A stretch of 20,000 nucleotides of DNA. Origin: an uncultured virus (IMG/VR IMGVR_UViG_3300006120_000018). Taxonomy: Duplodnaviria; Heunggongvirae; Uroviricota; Caudoviricetes. Shown in pieces: positions 1 through 8,440 of the stretch (its first letter is position 1; each line of letters starts with the position of its first letter). The stretch lies in the IMG/VR virus record IMGVR_UViG_3300006120_000018, one strand, 5' to 3'. A model generated the notes under the pieces. The model was not told the origin of the DNA. It made no database searches and was given only the letters and a program-made list of their open reading frames with translations. The translations under genes were made by a program, and so were the position numbers.

Positions 1-1054
1 CTATAGCAGGGGATTCTTCTGTGTTTGGTGTTTCTATCGTTGTTTTTACAGCGGCTGATACTGTGTCTTTAGATATAAAATTATTGATACCCTTTAAAAA
101 ATTCACATAATCTTTTTTTATTATGTCGTTTGCTGCTGACGTTCCGATACTATTTAAAATTGTATTAGGAGAAAGTTTTAGATTTTCTTCTAATGCAACA
201 TCTATACCAAAAATTTTAATTTGGCTTTTATACCAATTTATTATACTACTAGAACAATTTAATAAACTATTGTCTTTTAATGTTGTTTTGGATTTTCCCG
301 TTATATAATCTGTGGGATAAAATAATATGTTATCTACCATATTAAAATCTGTAAATTTTGCAGTAGTTATTTTATATAGAATGCCTTCCTTTGCTTTGGT
401 TATTCCTATTATTGCATCATATATCGACATTGATTCGTATTGTGACATACCCAAAGCTTCTAATGAAGCATTTGTGTTTTTAAGTTCGGGGCATATATAC
501 TCTGAAGGTTTGTATTGATTGAATAGTTTATTTTGAAATTGTTCAAATTTATTTAAAACGAATGTTTTGTGGTTTTGTTGTGTCCCATCAATAATACTTT
601 TTATTGATGTGTTATCAGTATATAAATTTCCTAAATATCCTTCTTCTGCTTTTTTTTGTGAAAATTTCCATAAAACATATCCCAAATCTATAATAGGAAA
701 CAAATCTTCTATTGTTGCCTTTTGCGACTTAGGAAGATATGTTTTTGTACCTCCAGCATATGCTCTAGCATATCCAAATGCATCTAAAATCGTAATATCA
801 TCTGCCAAATCTTTGTTGTTTTTACTGACGATTTCTTTTACGAAATCTTTAAATCCTTTAGATTCAAAAGGTTTCGGTGGTGTAGATTCGGGGGTATCAG
901 AAGGTGGGTTTGGTGGTGGTTGGGTTGGTTTGGTGTTATTTGCCGCAGGTTGGATATTATTCGCAGGAGATTGTGGGGCATTTGGAGCCATCATAGTAGC
1001 TTCATTAACCAATAACACACTCTCCACAAATTTACTAAAATTGAACATATACAT
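1..1054 (-). CDS. Hypothetical protein, partial (runs off the left edge, about 350 aa visible); N-terminal leader ending VNEA, then a Pro-rich linker
   Basis: Missing from the ORF track because it has no stop in the window. Manual translation from ATG 1054/1048 gives M(YM)FNFSKFVESVLLVNEATMMAPNAPQSPANNIQPAANNTKPTQPPPNPPSDTPESTPPKPF...; no in-frame stop found in the stretches checked toward position 1. TAAATA lies immediately upstream. Confidence 0.8.
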   Translation of the reverse strand, partial: MYMFNFSKFVESVLLVNEATMMAPNAPQSPANNIQPAANNTKPTQPPPNPPSDTPESTPPKPFESKGFKDFVKEIVSKNNKDLADDITILDAFGYARAYAGGTKTYLPKSQKATIEDLFPIIDLGYVLWKFSQKKAEEGYLGNLYTDNTSIKSIIDGTQQNHKTFVLNKFEQFQNKLFNQYKPSEYICPELKNTNASLEALGMSQYESMSIYDAIIGITKAKEGILYKITTAKFTDFNMVDNILFYPTDYITGKSKTTLKDNSLLNCSSSIINWYKSQIKIFGIDVALEENLKLSPNTILNSIGTSAANDIIKKDYVNFLKGINNFISKDTVSAAVKTTIETPNTEESPAI

Positions 1055-1150
1055 TATTTATCTATATTTTGAAAATTTGTATGGATTTTATATACAAGGA
1101 ATATTTCGTCCAAACATACCAAAAAAATAAAATTTTGGTTAAGTAAGTAT

Positions 1151-2026
1151 ATGAATGATATTTTCTATGTTTATGCTATACTCGATCCACGAAAATCGGG
1201 AAACTATAAATATGGAAATTTTGTATTTTCGTTTGAACCATTTTATATAGGAAAGGGGAAGGGTGATAGATGTCGTAAGCATTTCACAAAAAAAGTTCTA
1301 GCAGAATCCAATTTGCCCGTTCATAATAAAATAAAGAAAATAATGAGAGAAAATTTCATGCCTGTTGTGATAAAGTTGAAAACTGAATTGTCTGAAACTG
1401 CTGCATTAGAATTGGAACGGTTGCTTATTAGTATTATGGGGAAGAGACATTATAATACTGGTATATTAGAAAATTTAATTGATGGAGGAACCGGATTTTC
1501 TGGCTATCATTATAAATTTACCGAGGAACATAAACAAAAAATTAGTAATGCGTTAAAAGGTAAGAAGAAAAGCGAAGAACATATATTAAATATTAGTAAA
1601 TCCCATAAAGGGATTCCCAATAATTGGAAGGGGAGAAAACATACAAAAGAAAGTAGATTGAATATGTCAAAAGCTAGAAAGGGAAAATCTTGGAATGCGA
1701 TTCACGGAGAAGAAAATTCGAATATCCGAAAAACCAAATCTTCTGAGAGAAGTAAGGGGAAAAATAATCCATTTTTTGGAAAAAAACATACAGATGAAGT
1801 AAAAAAATTTATATCCGAACAAAACAAAAAACTTATAGGAGAACATGCAAGAAATGCAAAAACATGGATATTCCATTCTCCTGATGGAGATAAATATATA
1901 ATTAAAGGATCATTTGGAAGATTTTGTAATGAACATGGGTTATCCATAAGTTCTATGAAAAAAGTGGCAAAAGGTAAACAAAAAACATATAAAAATTGGA
2001 GATGTTATGAAGAGAATAAAACCTAA
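1151..2026 (+). CDS. Free-standing GIY-YIG-family (LEM3-like) homing endonuclease with NUMOD3 repeats and a C-terminal HTH-like domain
   Basis: FYVYAILDPR...PFYIGKGKGDR...ALELERLLI...LENL nuclease motifs; about 4 NUMOD3-type repeats (TEEHKQKIS, SEEHILNIS, HTKESRLNMS, HTDEVKKFIS); C-terminal FCNEHGLSISSMKKVAKGK..YKNW. Confidence 0.85.
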   Translation: MNDIFYVYAILDPRKSGNYKYGNFVFSFEPFYIGKGKGDRCRKHFTKKVLAESNLPVHNKIKKIMRENFMPVVIKLKTELSETAALELERLLISIMGKRHYNTGILENLIDGGTGFSGYHYKFTEEHKQKISNALKGKKKSEEHILNISKSHKGIPNNWKGRKHTKESRLNMSKARKGKSWNAIHGEENSNIRKTKSSERSKGKNNPFFGKKHTDEVKKFISEQNKKLIGEHARNAKTWIFHSPDGDKYIIKGSFGRFCNEHGLSISSMKKVAKGKQKTYKNWRCYEENKT

Positions 2027-2468
2027 ATATAAACAAGGAGTGTTCATTTGTAGGAATCCACAGAAATATGTAGGAACACATCCCATATTTTTTCGCAGTG
2101 GCCTGGAAATGAAATTTATGCGTTGGTTAGACAGGAATCCTAATGTGATTTCTTGGAGTAGTGAATCTGTAATCATTCCGTATGTTGATCCATTATCTTT
2201 ACACACTAAAAAGATTAGGAGATATTTTGTAGATAATACAGTAGTTATAAAGGATGCTACTGGAACACCTATGAAATATTTGATAGAGATTAAACCTGAA
2301 AGCCAAACAAAACCACCAATTTCTAAACGTCATACAAAATCCCTCATAAATCAACAATTAACGTATGCCAAAAATCAAGCAAAATGGAAAGCTGCAACGG
2401 AATGGTGTGCAAAGAAAGGTGATATTAAATTTATGATAATCACAGAAAAAGATTTGAATAACCTTTAA
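2007..2468 (+). CDS. gp4: T4 gp4-like head completion protein (TnsA-like PD-(D/E)XK nuclease fold)
   Basis: N-P-x-KY-x-G, RS-x-x-E-x-x-F-x-x-WLD-x-NP, W-x-SE-x-x-x-IPY, RRYF-x-D, IEIKP-x-x-QT-x-PP, KWKAA and F-x-I-x-TE motifs all match T4 gp4; about 150 aa. Confidence 0.9.
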   Translation: MKRIKPKYKQGVFICRNPQKYVGTHPIFFRSGLEMKFMRWLDRNPNVISWSSESVIIPYVDPLSLHTKKIRRYFVDNTVVIKDATGTPMKYLIEIKPESQTKPPISKRHTKSLINQQLTYAKNQAKWKAATEWCAKKGDIKFMIITEKDLNNL

Positions 2469-3226
2469 TTATTTTCTTCTATTTCGTTATATAAATCCAT
2501 CAGTTTAACTTTGAATCTTTTCCATAATCTATTATCTTTATGGAGAATGTTTAATAGTGGTTTAAATTCGTTCATATAAGAAGGCAATTCAAGTTCATTG
2601 TATTTATCGTATGTTGAATATGGAGCGTTTATGAATATTCTTAATTTAGTCAAAAATCTTTCTTTATCATTTTTCCATGCAGATTCGCTTTTAAAGATTT
2701 CTAAGTTTCTACGTTTTAGTGATTTATATACTTCTTTTATTTTATACATCATTCCTGTTAATTGTGCTTCTAATTCTAGTGGTTCTTTGTAGTAATGTTC
2801 AGGATTTTTAAGATCAGTAATGGATTTGCCTTTCTCTAATTCCGACACTGCGTTTTTGTATTTCTCTGATTGTTTTTTATATCTCTGGATTGCATGTACA
2901 GTTTCATGAGATAATATTTCAAATAATGCATCAGCTTTGAGTGTTATTATAAAATCATAGTTTAGTTCTATTTGTTTTGTGTTTGGGTTGTATATTCCAC
3001 CAATTTTTTTATTTATTTTTTTAGATATTACAATAGGAATAGATATTTTAGTGTCGTTTTCTAAATTTGTGGTTGTTATATTTCCTATTCTTTGGTTGTG
3101 TTTTACATCTCTTTTTTTTGGGTTATTAACAAAATTATCGACAATATTGTGTATCTGGTTAATCGTATCATTATCCAGTTTGAAAAATTTAGCCTCTTTA
3201 AGAATACGGAATTCTGTAAACGTCAT
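2465..3226 (-). CDS. Zincin-like (HExxH) metallopeptidase-domain protein with capsid-targeting-like leader
   Basis: GGIY...IEL...SHETVHAIQ and downstream YY..PLELEA; N-terminus MTFTEFRILKEA; TAAATA at 3232-3237. Confidence 0.7.
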   Translation of the reverse strand: MTFTEFRILKEAKFFKLDNDTINQIHNIVDNFVNNPKKRDVKHNQRIGNITTTNLENDTKISIPIVISKKINKKIGGIYNPNTKQIELNYDFIITLKADALFEILSHETVHAIQRYKKQSEKYKNAVSELEKGKSITDLKNPEHYYKEPLELEAQLTGMMYKIKEVYKSLKRRNLEIFKSESAWKNDKERFLTKLRIFINAPYSTYDKYNELELPSYMNEFKPLLNILHKDNRLWKRFKVKLMDLYNEIEENN

Positions 3227-3230
3227 AGTA

Positions 3231-3455
3231 TTATTTAAGTGGTTTCTCGAATAATTGGAAATCTACCTTATTGTCTGTTATTTTTCCTATTACCAGAACA
3301 TCATTCCCTGTAGTTTGGTTATATATTAATGCGTATCTATCAACCATTTCTCTTACATATAAACTATTATCTTTGAAAATATATCCTTCATTAGATATTA
3401 TTTCTTCTAGCTTTTTTAGTTTTTCGTTTATATCTTTGAACTTATCTTCGTTCAT
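3231..3455 (-). CDS. Hypothetical protein (74 aa)
   Basis: Fills the gap in a tightly packed minus-strand run; TAAATA at 3461-3466; no transmembrane segment. Confidence 0.65.
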   Translation of the reverse strand: MNEDKFKDINEKLKKLEEIISNEGYIFKDNSLYVREMVDRYALIYNQTTGNDVLVIGKITDNKVDFQLFEKPLK

Positions 3456-3463
3456 TAAAATAT

Positions 3464-4150
3464 TTATGATGGTTGTAGAGAATATCCATCAAAAGGAACT
3501 CCTAAGAATACTTCAAATTTTAACATTTTTTCATCCATCCCCCCCGTTTTAGGGCTGCTTCCTATTCCTAATAACGATGCCATTGCCATACTTGCTTCTC
3601 CCAAATGATTCGCAGGACCAACATCACCAACTAACCCTTCTGCTATTTTTCCATTTTTTAAATTAGTAACTTTAACTTTCGATCCTAACACAATAGGTTT
3701 TACCATTTTAAATATTGGACTAGGTAATACAACAAATGGAACCTTCTCTGAATCTAAATATCTACGAGGATCATCAGTAGCAAATTCTTTATGTATGTAT
3801 GAAGTAGTGGATATATAATACCCTGGATATGGATCATTTTTCCCTTGTATTACTGGAACGCCATTTTTTGTTACTATTCCCCACCAGTTATTAGTATTTC
3901 CAGCATTTGATATATAGTCCAAGGTAGGCAATCCTGAACTCTCTGGTGCATAACAACGAGGACATCCATCAGCATCTATAGTTAATCCAGCAGTAAAACT
4001 TAATATGTTGTTTGCTTCATCTAATATCACTGGTTCTCCATCAATTGTTAGTAAAGTCTTGTTTATGGGAGTATTTAAATTAGAAACAGGAGATTCTATA
4101 TTTTGCTTATCCACAAATGATTGAATTATTTTTTGTACACATTCCCACAT
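3464..4150 (-). CDS. Glycoside hydrolase family 75 (chitosanase-like, double-psi beta-barrel-like) protein; candidate endolysin
   Basis: IDADG, LDSEKVPFVVLP and LGSKVKVTNLKNGK...VGDVGP..HLGEAS motifs of GH75, with putative catalytic D176/E185; TATAAGTA upstream. Confidence 0.8.
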   Translation of the reverse strand: MWECVQKIIQSFVDKQNIESPVSNLNTPINKTLLTIDGEPVILDEANNILSFTAGLTIDADGCPRCYAPESSGLPTLDYISNAGNTNNWWGIVTKNGVPVIQGKNDPYPGYYISTTSYIHKEFATDDPRRYLDSEKVPFVVLPSPIFKMVKPIVLGSKVKVTNLKNGKIAEGLVGDVGPANHLGEASMAMASLLGIGSSPKTGGMDEKMLKFEVFLGVPFDGYSLQPS

Positions 4151-4160
4151 ATATGAATAC

Positions 4161-4706
4161 TTATATAAAAATTCTTAATATTTTAAATCCCACAAACATA
4201 GCAAGTAATCCAATAATTATATTTTTCTTAAATATCTCACTATTTTGTTCTTTAATCGTTGCATCTTTTGCTGCTAAATCCAATATCATTTGGTTTGTGG
4301 CTTCTGCTTGTTTCTTTAACTGTGCATTTACATTTTCTACTTGTTCTTGTAAATTCTTCTTATCTGTTACTAATTGTTCAGATATATTTTTAATTTTTAT
4401 TAATGCGTTATATTCATCTGATCCAACGACTAATACCTTTTGGTTATTGTATCTAGCAGGAACAACCAATTTTCTTTCATTGTTTACTATAATAGATTGG
4501 ATTTTTATTCGATCTATTATACTTGGTGGGGTTACAATCTCGCATATTTGATTTAAATACGGATCAACTAAATCCATTCTACCCATCATAAAGGAATCTT
4601 TCGTAGCATAAACAGAAACGCTTAATGCTTTAGATTGTTTTTCAGTATAATAATGTCCTGTGCAAGACATTAATAAAAACGAAAAACCTATTAATAACAA
4701 TTTCAT
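4161..4706 (-). CDS. Lipoprotein with C-terminal transmembrane helix; candidate unimolecular spanin
   Basis: MKLLLIGFSFLLMS-C lipobox (Cys15, +2 residue Thr), coiled-coil-like region, C-terminal hydrophobic IIIGLLAMFVGF; AGGAG SD at 4713-4717; adjacent to the glycoside hydrolase. Confidence 0.65.
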   Translation of the reverse strand: MKLLLIGFSFLLMSCTGHYYTEKQSKALSVSVYATKDSFMMGRMDLVDPYLNQICEIVTPPSIIDRIKIQSIIVNNERKLVVPARYNNQKVLVVGSDEYNALIKIKNISEQLVTDKKNLQEQVENVNAQLKKQAEATNQMILDLAAKDATIKEQNSEIFKKNIIIGLLAMFVGFKILRIFI

Positions 4707-4728
4707 TTTAATCTCCTATATATTCCAT

Positions 4729-4974
4729 TTATTTTTTTCTTTTAATGTTCTTCCAAAATGCTGCACCTGCCACTTTTTTAGCAGTTTCTTTTGATCCATA
4801 TTCCTTTTCTGCCTTCTTTTCAACTTTCTTAAATGCTTTACCAGCCTTTCCCATATCTTTTCCTTCCTTTGCTTTTTTAACAGCAGAAGATTTTTGTTTT
4901 TTTGTTAATCCTGCGGATGGTTTTTTCTTTGCTTCGGAAATGATCGAGGTATACAATTCGTTAAATTTGTTCAT
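4729..4974 (-). CDS. Small Lys/Ala-rich basic protein with leader ending ISEA; putative internal head or DNA-binding protein
   Basis: MNKFNELYTSIISEA followed by a very basic body (GKDMGKAGKAFKKVEKKAEKEYGSKE..KKVAGAAFWK); TAAATA at 4982-4987. Confidence 0.7.
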   Translation of the reverse strand: MNKFNELYTSIISEAKKKPSAGLTKKQKSSAVKKAKEGKDMGKAGKAFKKVEKKAEKEYGSKETAKKVAGAAFWKNIKRKK

Positions 4975-4996
4975 ATATTATTATTTAATGTTTTTG

Positions 4997-5024
4997 TTGA
5001 TTATTTGTATAGTTGTGATAAGAT
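4997..5024 (+). promoter_or_regulatory. Sigma70-like early/middle promoter TTGATT-N16-TAAGAT with extended TG
   Basis: -35 at 4997-5002, -10 at 5019-5024, 6 nt before ATG 5031; same geometry as three other promoters in the window. Confidence 0.55.
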
Positions 5025-5030
5025 ATATCC

Positions 5031-5537
5031 ATGAATATTAAAAAGCTTCTGGAAGAGTTGGTGCATTATTATGGGTATTCCAGACAAGTCGGACATACAA
5101 CTGCTATGTGCAAAGGGGCGGAAAATACAGAAAACGGAATAGTAATAACGCATAATCAAAATATGAAGAGATATTTGGAAGATTATATTACAAATCCTGA
5201 TATAAAATATGTTACATTGAATGATATAGAAAGATGTGGTGGGTTGCGTGGATTCGCTAAACCAATAATGTTCGATAATGCCGCACTATTTGAAGTGTTA
5301 AATTCCGCACTTAACACCATTAAAAATTTAGAAGACACAATATCAGATTATAAATCCACTGTATTTACAACAAAAACACCACTAGGATTAACTCCAAGAT
5401 ATATTAAAGATTCTGAAAGATTGAAAGAAATAAGTGCCGCGATTTTCCGTTATACTGAAGTTGGAAAGAAGATTCCTGATGAGTGGATTGAAGAAATGGT
5501 AGAATTAAATGAAAGAATTTCATTGACATCCGAATAA
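5031..5537 (+). CDS. Hypothetical protein with degenerate P-loop-like motif and a small C-terminal phage domain
   Basis: SRQVGHTT resembles an RQxGKT Walker A with K->H; IMFDN resembles a Walker B; C-terminal PLGLTPR...RLKEI..AI.RY....IP.EWIEE. Confidence 0.7.
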   Translation: MNIKKLLEELVHYYGYSRQVGHTTAMCKGAENTENGIVITHNQNMKRYLEDYITNPDIKYVTLNDIERCGGLRGFAKPIMFDNAALFEVLNSALNTIKNLEDTISDYKSTVFTTKTPLGLTPRYIKDSERLKEISAAIFRYTEVGKKIPDEWIEEMVELNERISLTSE

Positions 5538-5550
5538 AAGGTGTTAATAT
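5523..5550 (+). promoter_or_regulatory. Sigma70-like promoter TTGACA-N16-TAATAT with extended TG
   Basis: Perfect -35 TTGACA at 5523-5528, -10 at 5545-5550, 9 nt before ATG 5560. Confidence 0.7.
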
Positions 5551-5559
5551 GTAGGAATT

Positions 5560-6528
5560 ATGGGCGGATCAGCATTAAAAAATACTTACACACGTAGATA
5601 CTCTGCGGAAGAATTTCATACATTAAAATCAGAAATACACACTCTGATAGATAGTGTGTTTGCTCGGTCATATATCTTCGAGTCATGGAAAAACAAGGAA
5701 AGTTTTGGTGACCTGGATTGTTTAGTTCAATTACATCCAAATTTCAACATTAAAGAATTTATCATCAATACCTTTCATCCAAATGAGATATTCCATAATG
5801 GTAATTGTTATTCCTTTGATTATAAAGAATTTCAAATAGATTTTATTATATGTAGTGAAAAATATTGGGAAACGTCTATTGTATATCTAAAATATGGAGA
5901 TTTGGGGAACTTTATGGGGAGAATCTCTAAAGCAATATTTGGATTAAAATATGGTCATGATGGATTATCCTTTTCTTTAATAGCAGAAACTTCTAATCAG
6001 GTATATGAAACTATTAATATAAGCACAAATTCCCAAGATATTTTCAAATTTTTAGGTTTTGATTGGGATGTGTTTTGTAAGGGATTTGATATGATGGAAG
6101 ATATTTTTGAATATGTTAAAACATCAAAATATTTCAATGCTAAACTATTTGATTTTGAAGAGTTAAATCATATTAATAGAACAAGGAACCGAAAAAGAGA
6201 TGGTTATTGCAAATTTTTGGAATATATCAAAGATTTACCAAAAGTAGAAATTGCTAGGCCGAAAATTATAGATACGTTAAATTATATACAAGAAGGATTT
6301 GAAATATCTTTATATGAATATTACTATAAAACTCTAAAAAACATAAAGAATAAACAAATTGCAAGAAAACGTGTTGTTCAAATTGTAAGAGATGCAGGAT
6401 ATGAACAAAAAGCATTAGGAGAAGTTATGTCAAAATTAAATACATGGATAAATGAAAACACAATTCAAATATGTAATGAAGATGTTAACAAATTAATTCA
6501 AACAATTCACCAAAAAATACAAATATGA
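5560..6528 (+). CDS. Pol-beta/PolX-superfamily nucleotidyltransferase
   Basis: KESFGDLDCLV (D51, D53) and FQIDFI (D94) catalytic triad; GLKYGHDGL and QDIFKFLG resemble PolX thumb motifs. Confidence 0.7.
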   Translation: MGGSALKNTYTRRYSAEEFHTLKSEIHTLIDSVFARSYIFESWKNKESFGDLDCLVQLHPNFNIKEFIINTFHPNEIFHNGNCYSFDYKEFQIDFIICSEKYWETSIVYLKYGDLGNFMGRISKAIFGLKYGHDGLSFSLIAETSNQVYETINISTNSQDIFKFLGFDWDVFCKGFDMMEDIFEYVKTSKYFNAKLFDFEELNHINRTRNRKRDGYCKFLEYIKDLPKVEIARPKIIDTLNYIQEGFEISLYEYYYKTLKNIKNKQIARKRVVQIVRDAGYEQKALGEVMSKLNTWINENTIQICNEDVNKLIQTIHQKIQI

Positions 6529-6776
6529 CAGAAGAAAACCGATTTGATAATTTAATTAAGAATATTGTATATAGAAATGTTACAGTAGTTATAATAAATG
6601 ATCCAGATAATTGTATGTTATATGGGTTTCCAGTATTAGATGTTATTACCGCAATTGAAGAATATAACGGAGCAAAAGTTATGAGCCGACACCCGAACTT
6701 TTTTAGAGTTCACTACGCAAAAAATTATGAAAACAACAAACAAAAAAGAAAAGATTACCACCAAAACCACAAATAA
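6525..6776 (+). CDS. Hypothetical protein (83 aa)
   Basis: ATGA overlap with the upstream gene; 3' end overlaps the vWA gene. Confidence 0.55.
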   Translation: MTEENRFDNLIKNIVYRNVTVVIINDPDNCMLYGFPVLDVITAIEEYNGAKVMSRHPNFFRVHYAKNYENNKQKRKDYHQNHK

Positions 6777-7443
6777 AAAGAAAACACCAAAGAAGATAAT
6801 TTATGATTTCTTTGTTCTTGATAGGAGTGGTTCGATGCAAAGAATTAAAGACTCTACAATCACTGGCGTTAATGAATACCTGAATACTGCTAGAAATGAT
6901 GCAAAGAAAACTAAAATTAAAACGTATTTTTCTTTATTAACTTTCGATAATGAATTTGATGTGGTATATGATTATGTTGATATTTTAAAGGTTGAAAATT
7001 TAACAGACAAAGATTTCATCCCTAGAAATAATACGGCTTTGCGAGATGCGACAGGTAGAGCAATAACATCTTTGCAAAACAAGTTGAAAGGCAAAGAAAA
7101 CGATGAAAATATTGATGTAACAATTACAATTTTCACGGATGGATATGAAAACGCATCAACAGAATATACACATGAAACTATTGCCGAACTTATTAAAAAG
7201 GTTCAAGATGAATATAAATGGACAGTTGTATATATTGGCGCAGGAAACAAACAAAAAGTATTATCTATAGCAAAAGGAATGAACATTAATATTACTAATA
7301 CTTCTTCGTATACTGCAAATTCTGAGGATATGAAGAATATGATGCATACCAATAGCATTTCTAGAAGCACGAAAACTATGAACTTTGCAGCAGATATCAA
7401 ATCAACTGTTGGATATTTCGTTGATCCTACTACAAAAGTTTAA
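6727..7443 (+). CDS. von Willebrand factor A (vWA) domain protein
   Basis: MIDAS motif FVLDRSGSM, TALRDA, IFTDGYENAS, W.VVYIGA. Confidence 0.9.
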   Translation: MKTTNKKEKITTKTTNKKKTPKKIIYDFFVLDRSGSMQRIKDSTITGVNEYLNTARNDAKKTKIKTYFSLLTFDNEFDVVYDYVDILKVENLTDKDFIPRNNTALRDATGRAITSLQNKLKGKENDENIDVTITIFTDGYENASTEYTHETIAELIKKVQDEYKWTVVYIGAGNKQKVLSIAKGMNINITNTSSYTANSEDMKNMMHTNSISRSTKTMNFAADIKSTVGYFVDPTTKV

Positions 7444-7459
7444 AATTAAATCATAACAA

Positions 7460-7500
7460 AAAATAAAGCCGTTAGAACCAAAATCTAACGGCTTTATTTT
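7460..7500. terminator. Intrinsic, potentially bidirectional terminator
   Basis: Perfect 17-bp inverted repeat aaaataaagccgttaga / tctaacggctttatttt with a 7-nt loop, just downstream of the vWA stop. Confidence 0.85.
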
Positions 7501-7523
7501 ATTCAATTTCCATAAATATTAAT

Positions 7524-7730
7524 ATGGAATTCTCTACTACAAATTCGAAATATTATAGTGAGATATATGATTATCTATTAGAAAAGGTAGAAACATCTTC
7601 CAGTAACAATTACGAATATTTGCTAGGACAAGTTCAATTTGCGTATGCTTTAGCTATAATTGAAGATAAAACTAGAAAGAAATTATGTAGAATTTTAGAA
7701 AAACGAAAGAACATCCAATTAAATAGTTAA
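7524..7730 (+). CDS. Hypothetical protein (68 aa)
   Basis: TAAATA at 7513-7518 just upstream; abuts the next gene. Confidence 0.65.
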   Translation: MEFSTTNSKYYSEIYDYLLEKVETSSSNNYEYLLGQVQFAYALAIIEDKTRKKLCRILEKRKNIQLNS

Positions 7731-7731
7731 T

Positions 7732-7959
7732 ATGCCACTCAAAAAAGGAAAATCTAAAAAGACTATCAGCAAAAATATTGGTGAATTAGTGAAAACATAT
7801 AAAGAAACTGGTAAGATTGGAAATACCAAACCTAAATCCAAAAAGAAAGCGGCACAGATAGCAGCAGCAATTGCATACAGCAAAGCAAAAAACGAAGGTA
7901 TGATTTTTTCAGATATGGTATTAAATATACTATCTGAAAATGATAAATTAAATAATTAA
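7732..7959 (+). CDS. Small basic phage protein (MPLKKG..KTIS.NI.E...AAAIAYS type)
   Basis: Recognisable widespread phage small-protein motif; TAAATA at 7720-7725; C-terminal EGMIFSDMVLNILSE tail. Confidence 0.75.
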   Translation: MPLKKGKSKKTISKNIGELVKTYKETGKIGNTKPKSKKKAAQIAAAIAYSKAKNEGMIFSDMVLNILSENDKLNN

Positions 7960-7963
7960 ATGT

Positions 7964-8440
7964 TTATCTAATCCATTTAGATAAATCCTCTGCTTTATCT
8001 AACGGAATATTCTCAAGCTGCTTTGTAACTTGAGATTCTATATCATCATGCCATAAAACGCAAGTAGCTTCTTCAATAGAAAATAAATCTTTTGAACTAC
8101 TAGGATTTGGATTCACCAATGCATTTAATTGTTTTTCTTGGCATTGCAATCTTTTTTTGTTTTTGTTCCATATCTCCACAGTATCAGGAGTATATAAATA
8201 GGCAATTTTAAACATTCTTATGAAATTTTTAAATCTTGTTATTGGAGTAGATTTTGTTTTAGGATGATAAAACCTAGGACCAACCATTATAATCCCAAAA
8301 TCAAATGGATTATAATTTAGTGAAATGTCTTTATTGCCTAATGTGAAATTTATAGCATTTTTTATACGATCTATGACAGTATATTTATAAGCTTTATCGG
8401 GGTTTGTTACTGCGGTGAAGTCTATTTCTTTATTATACAT
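7964..8440 (-). CDS. Hypothetical protein, paralogue of 8433-8786
   Basis: Shares K-x-x-K[YF][TS][VI]IDR[IV]K-x-A, D-x-FSI and L-x-N[IL]PL[DE] motifs with its neighbour. Confidence 0.7.
   Translation of the reverse strand: MYNKEIDFTAVTNPDKAYKYTVIDRIKNAINFTLGNKDISLNYNPFDFGIIMVGPRFYHPKTKSTPITRFKNFIRMFKIAYLYTPDTVEIWNKNKKRLQCQEKQLNALVNPNPSSSKDLFSIEEATCVLWHDDIESQVTKQLENIPLDKAEDLSKWIR

Noticed and set aside
123..1130. Plus-strand ORFs 123-308, 327-518 and 567-1130
   Set aside because: Antisense shadows of the real minus-strand gene (<1-1054); the Gly-rich stretch mirrors its Pro-rich linker.
2007..2468. Possible Tn7 TnsA transposase
   Set aside because: Same fold, but the motifs and size match T4 gp4, and no tnsB/tnsC is nearby.
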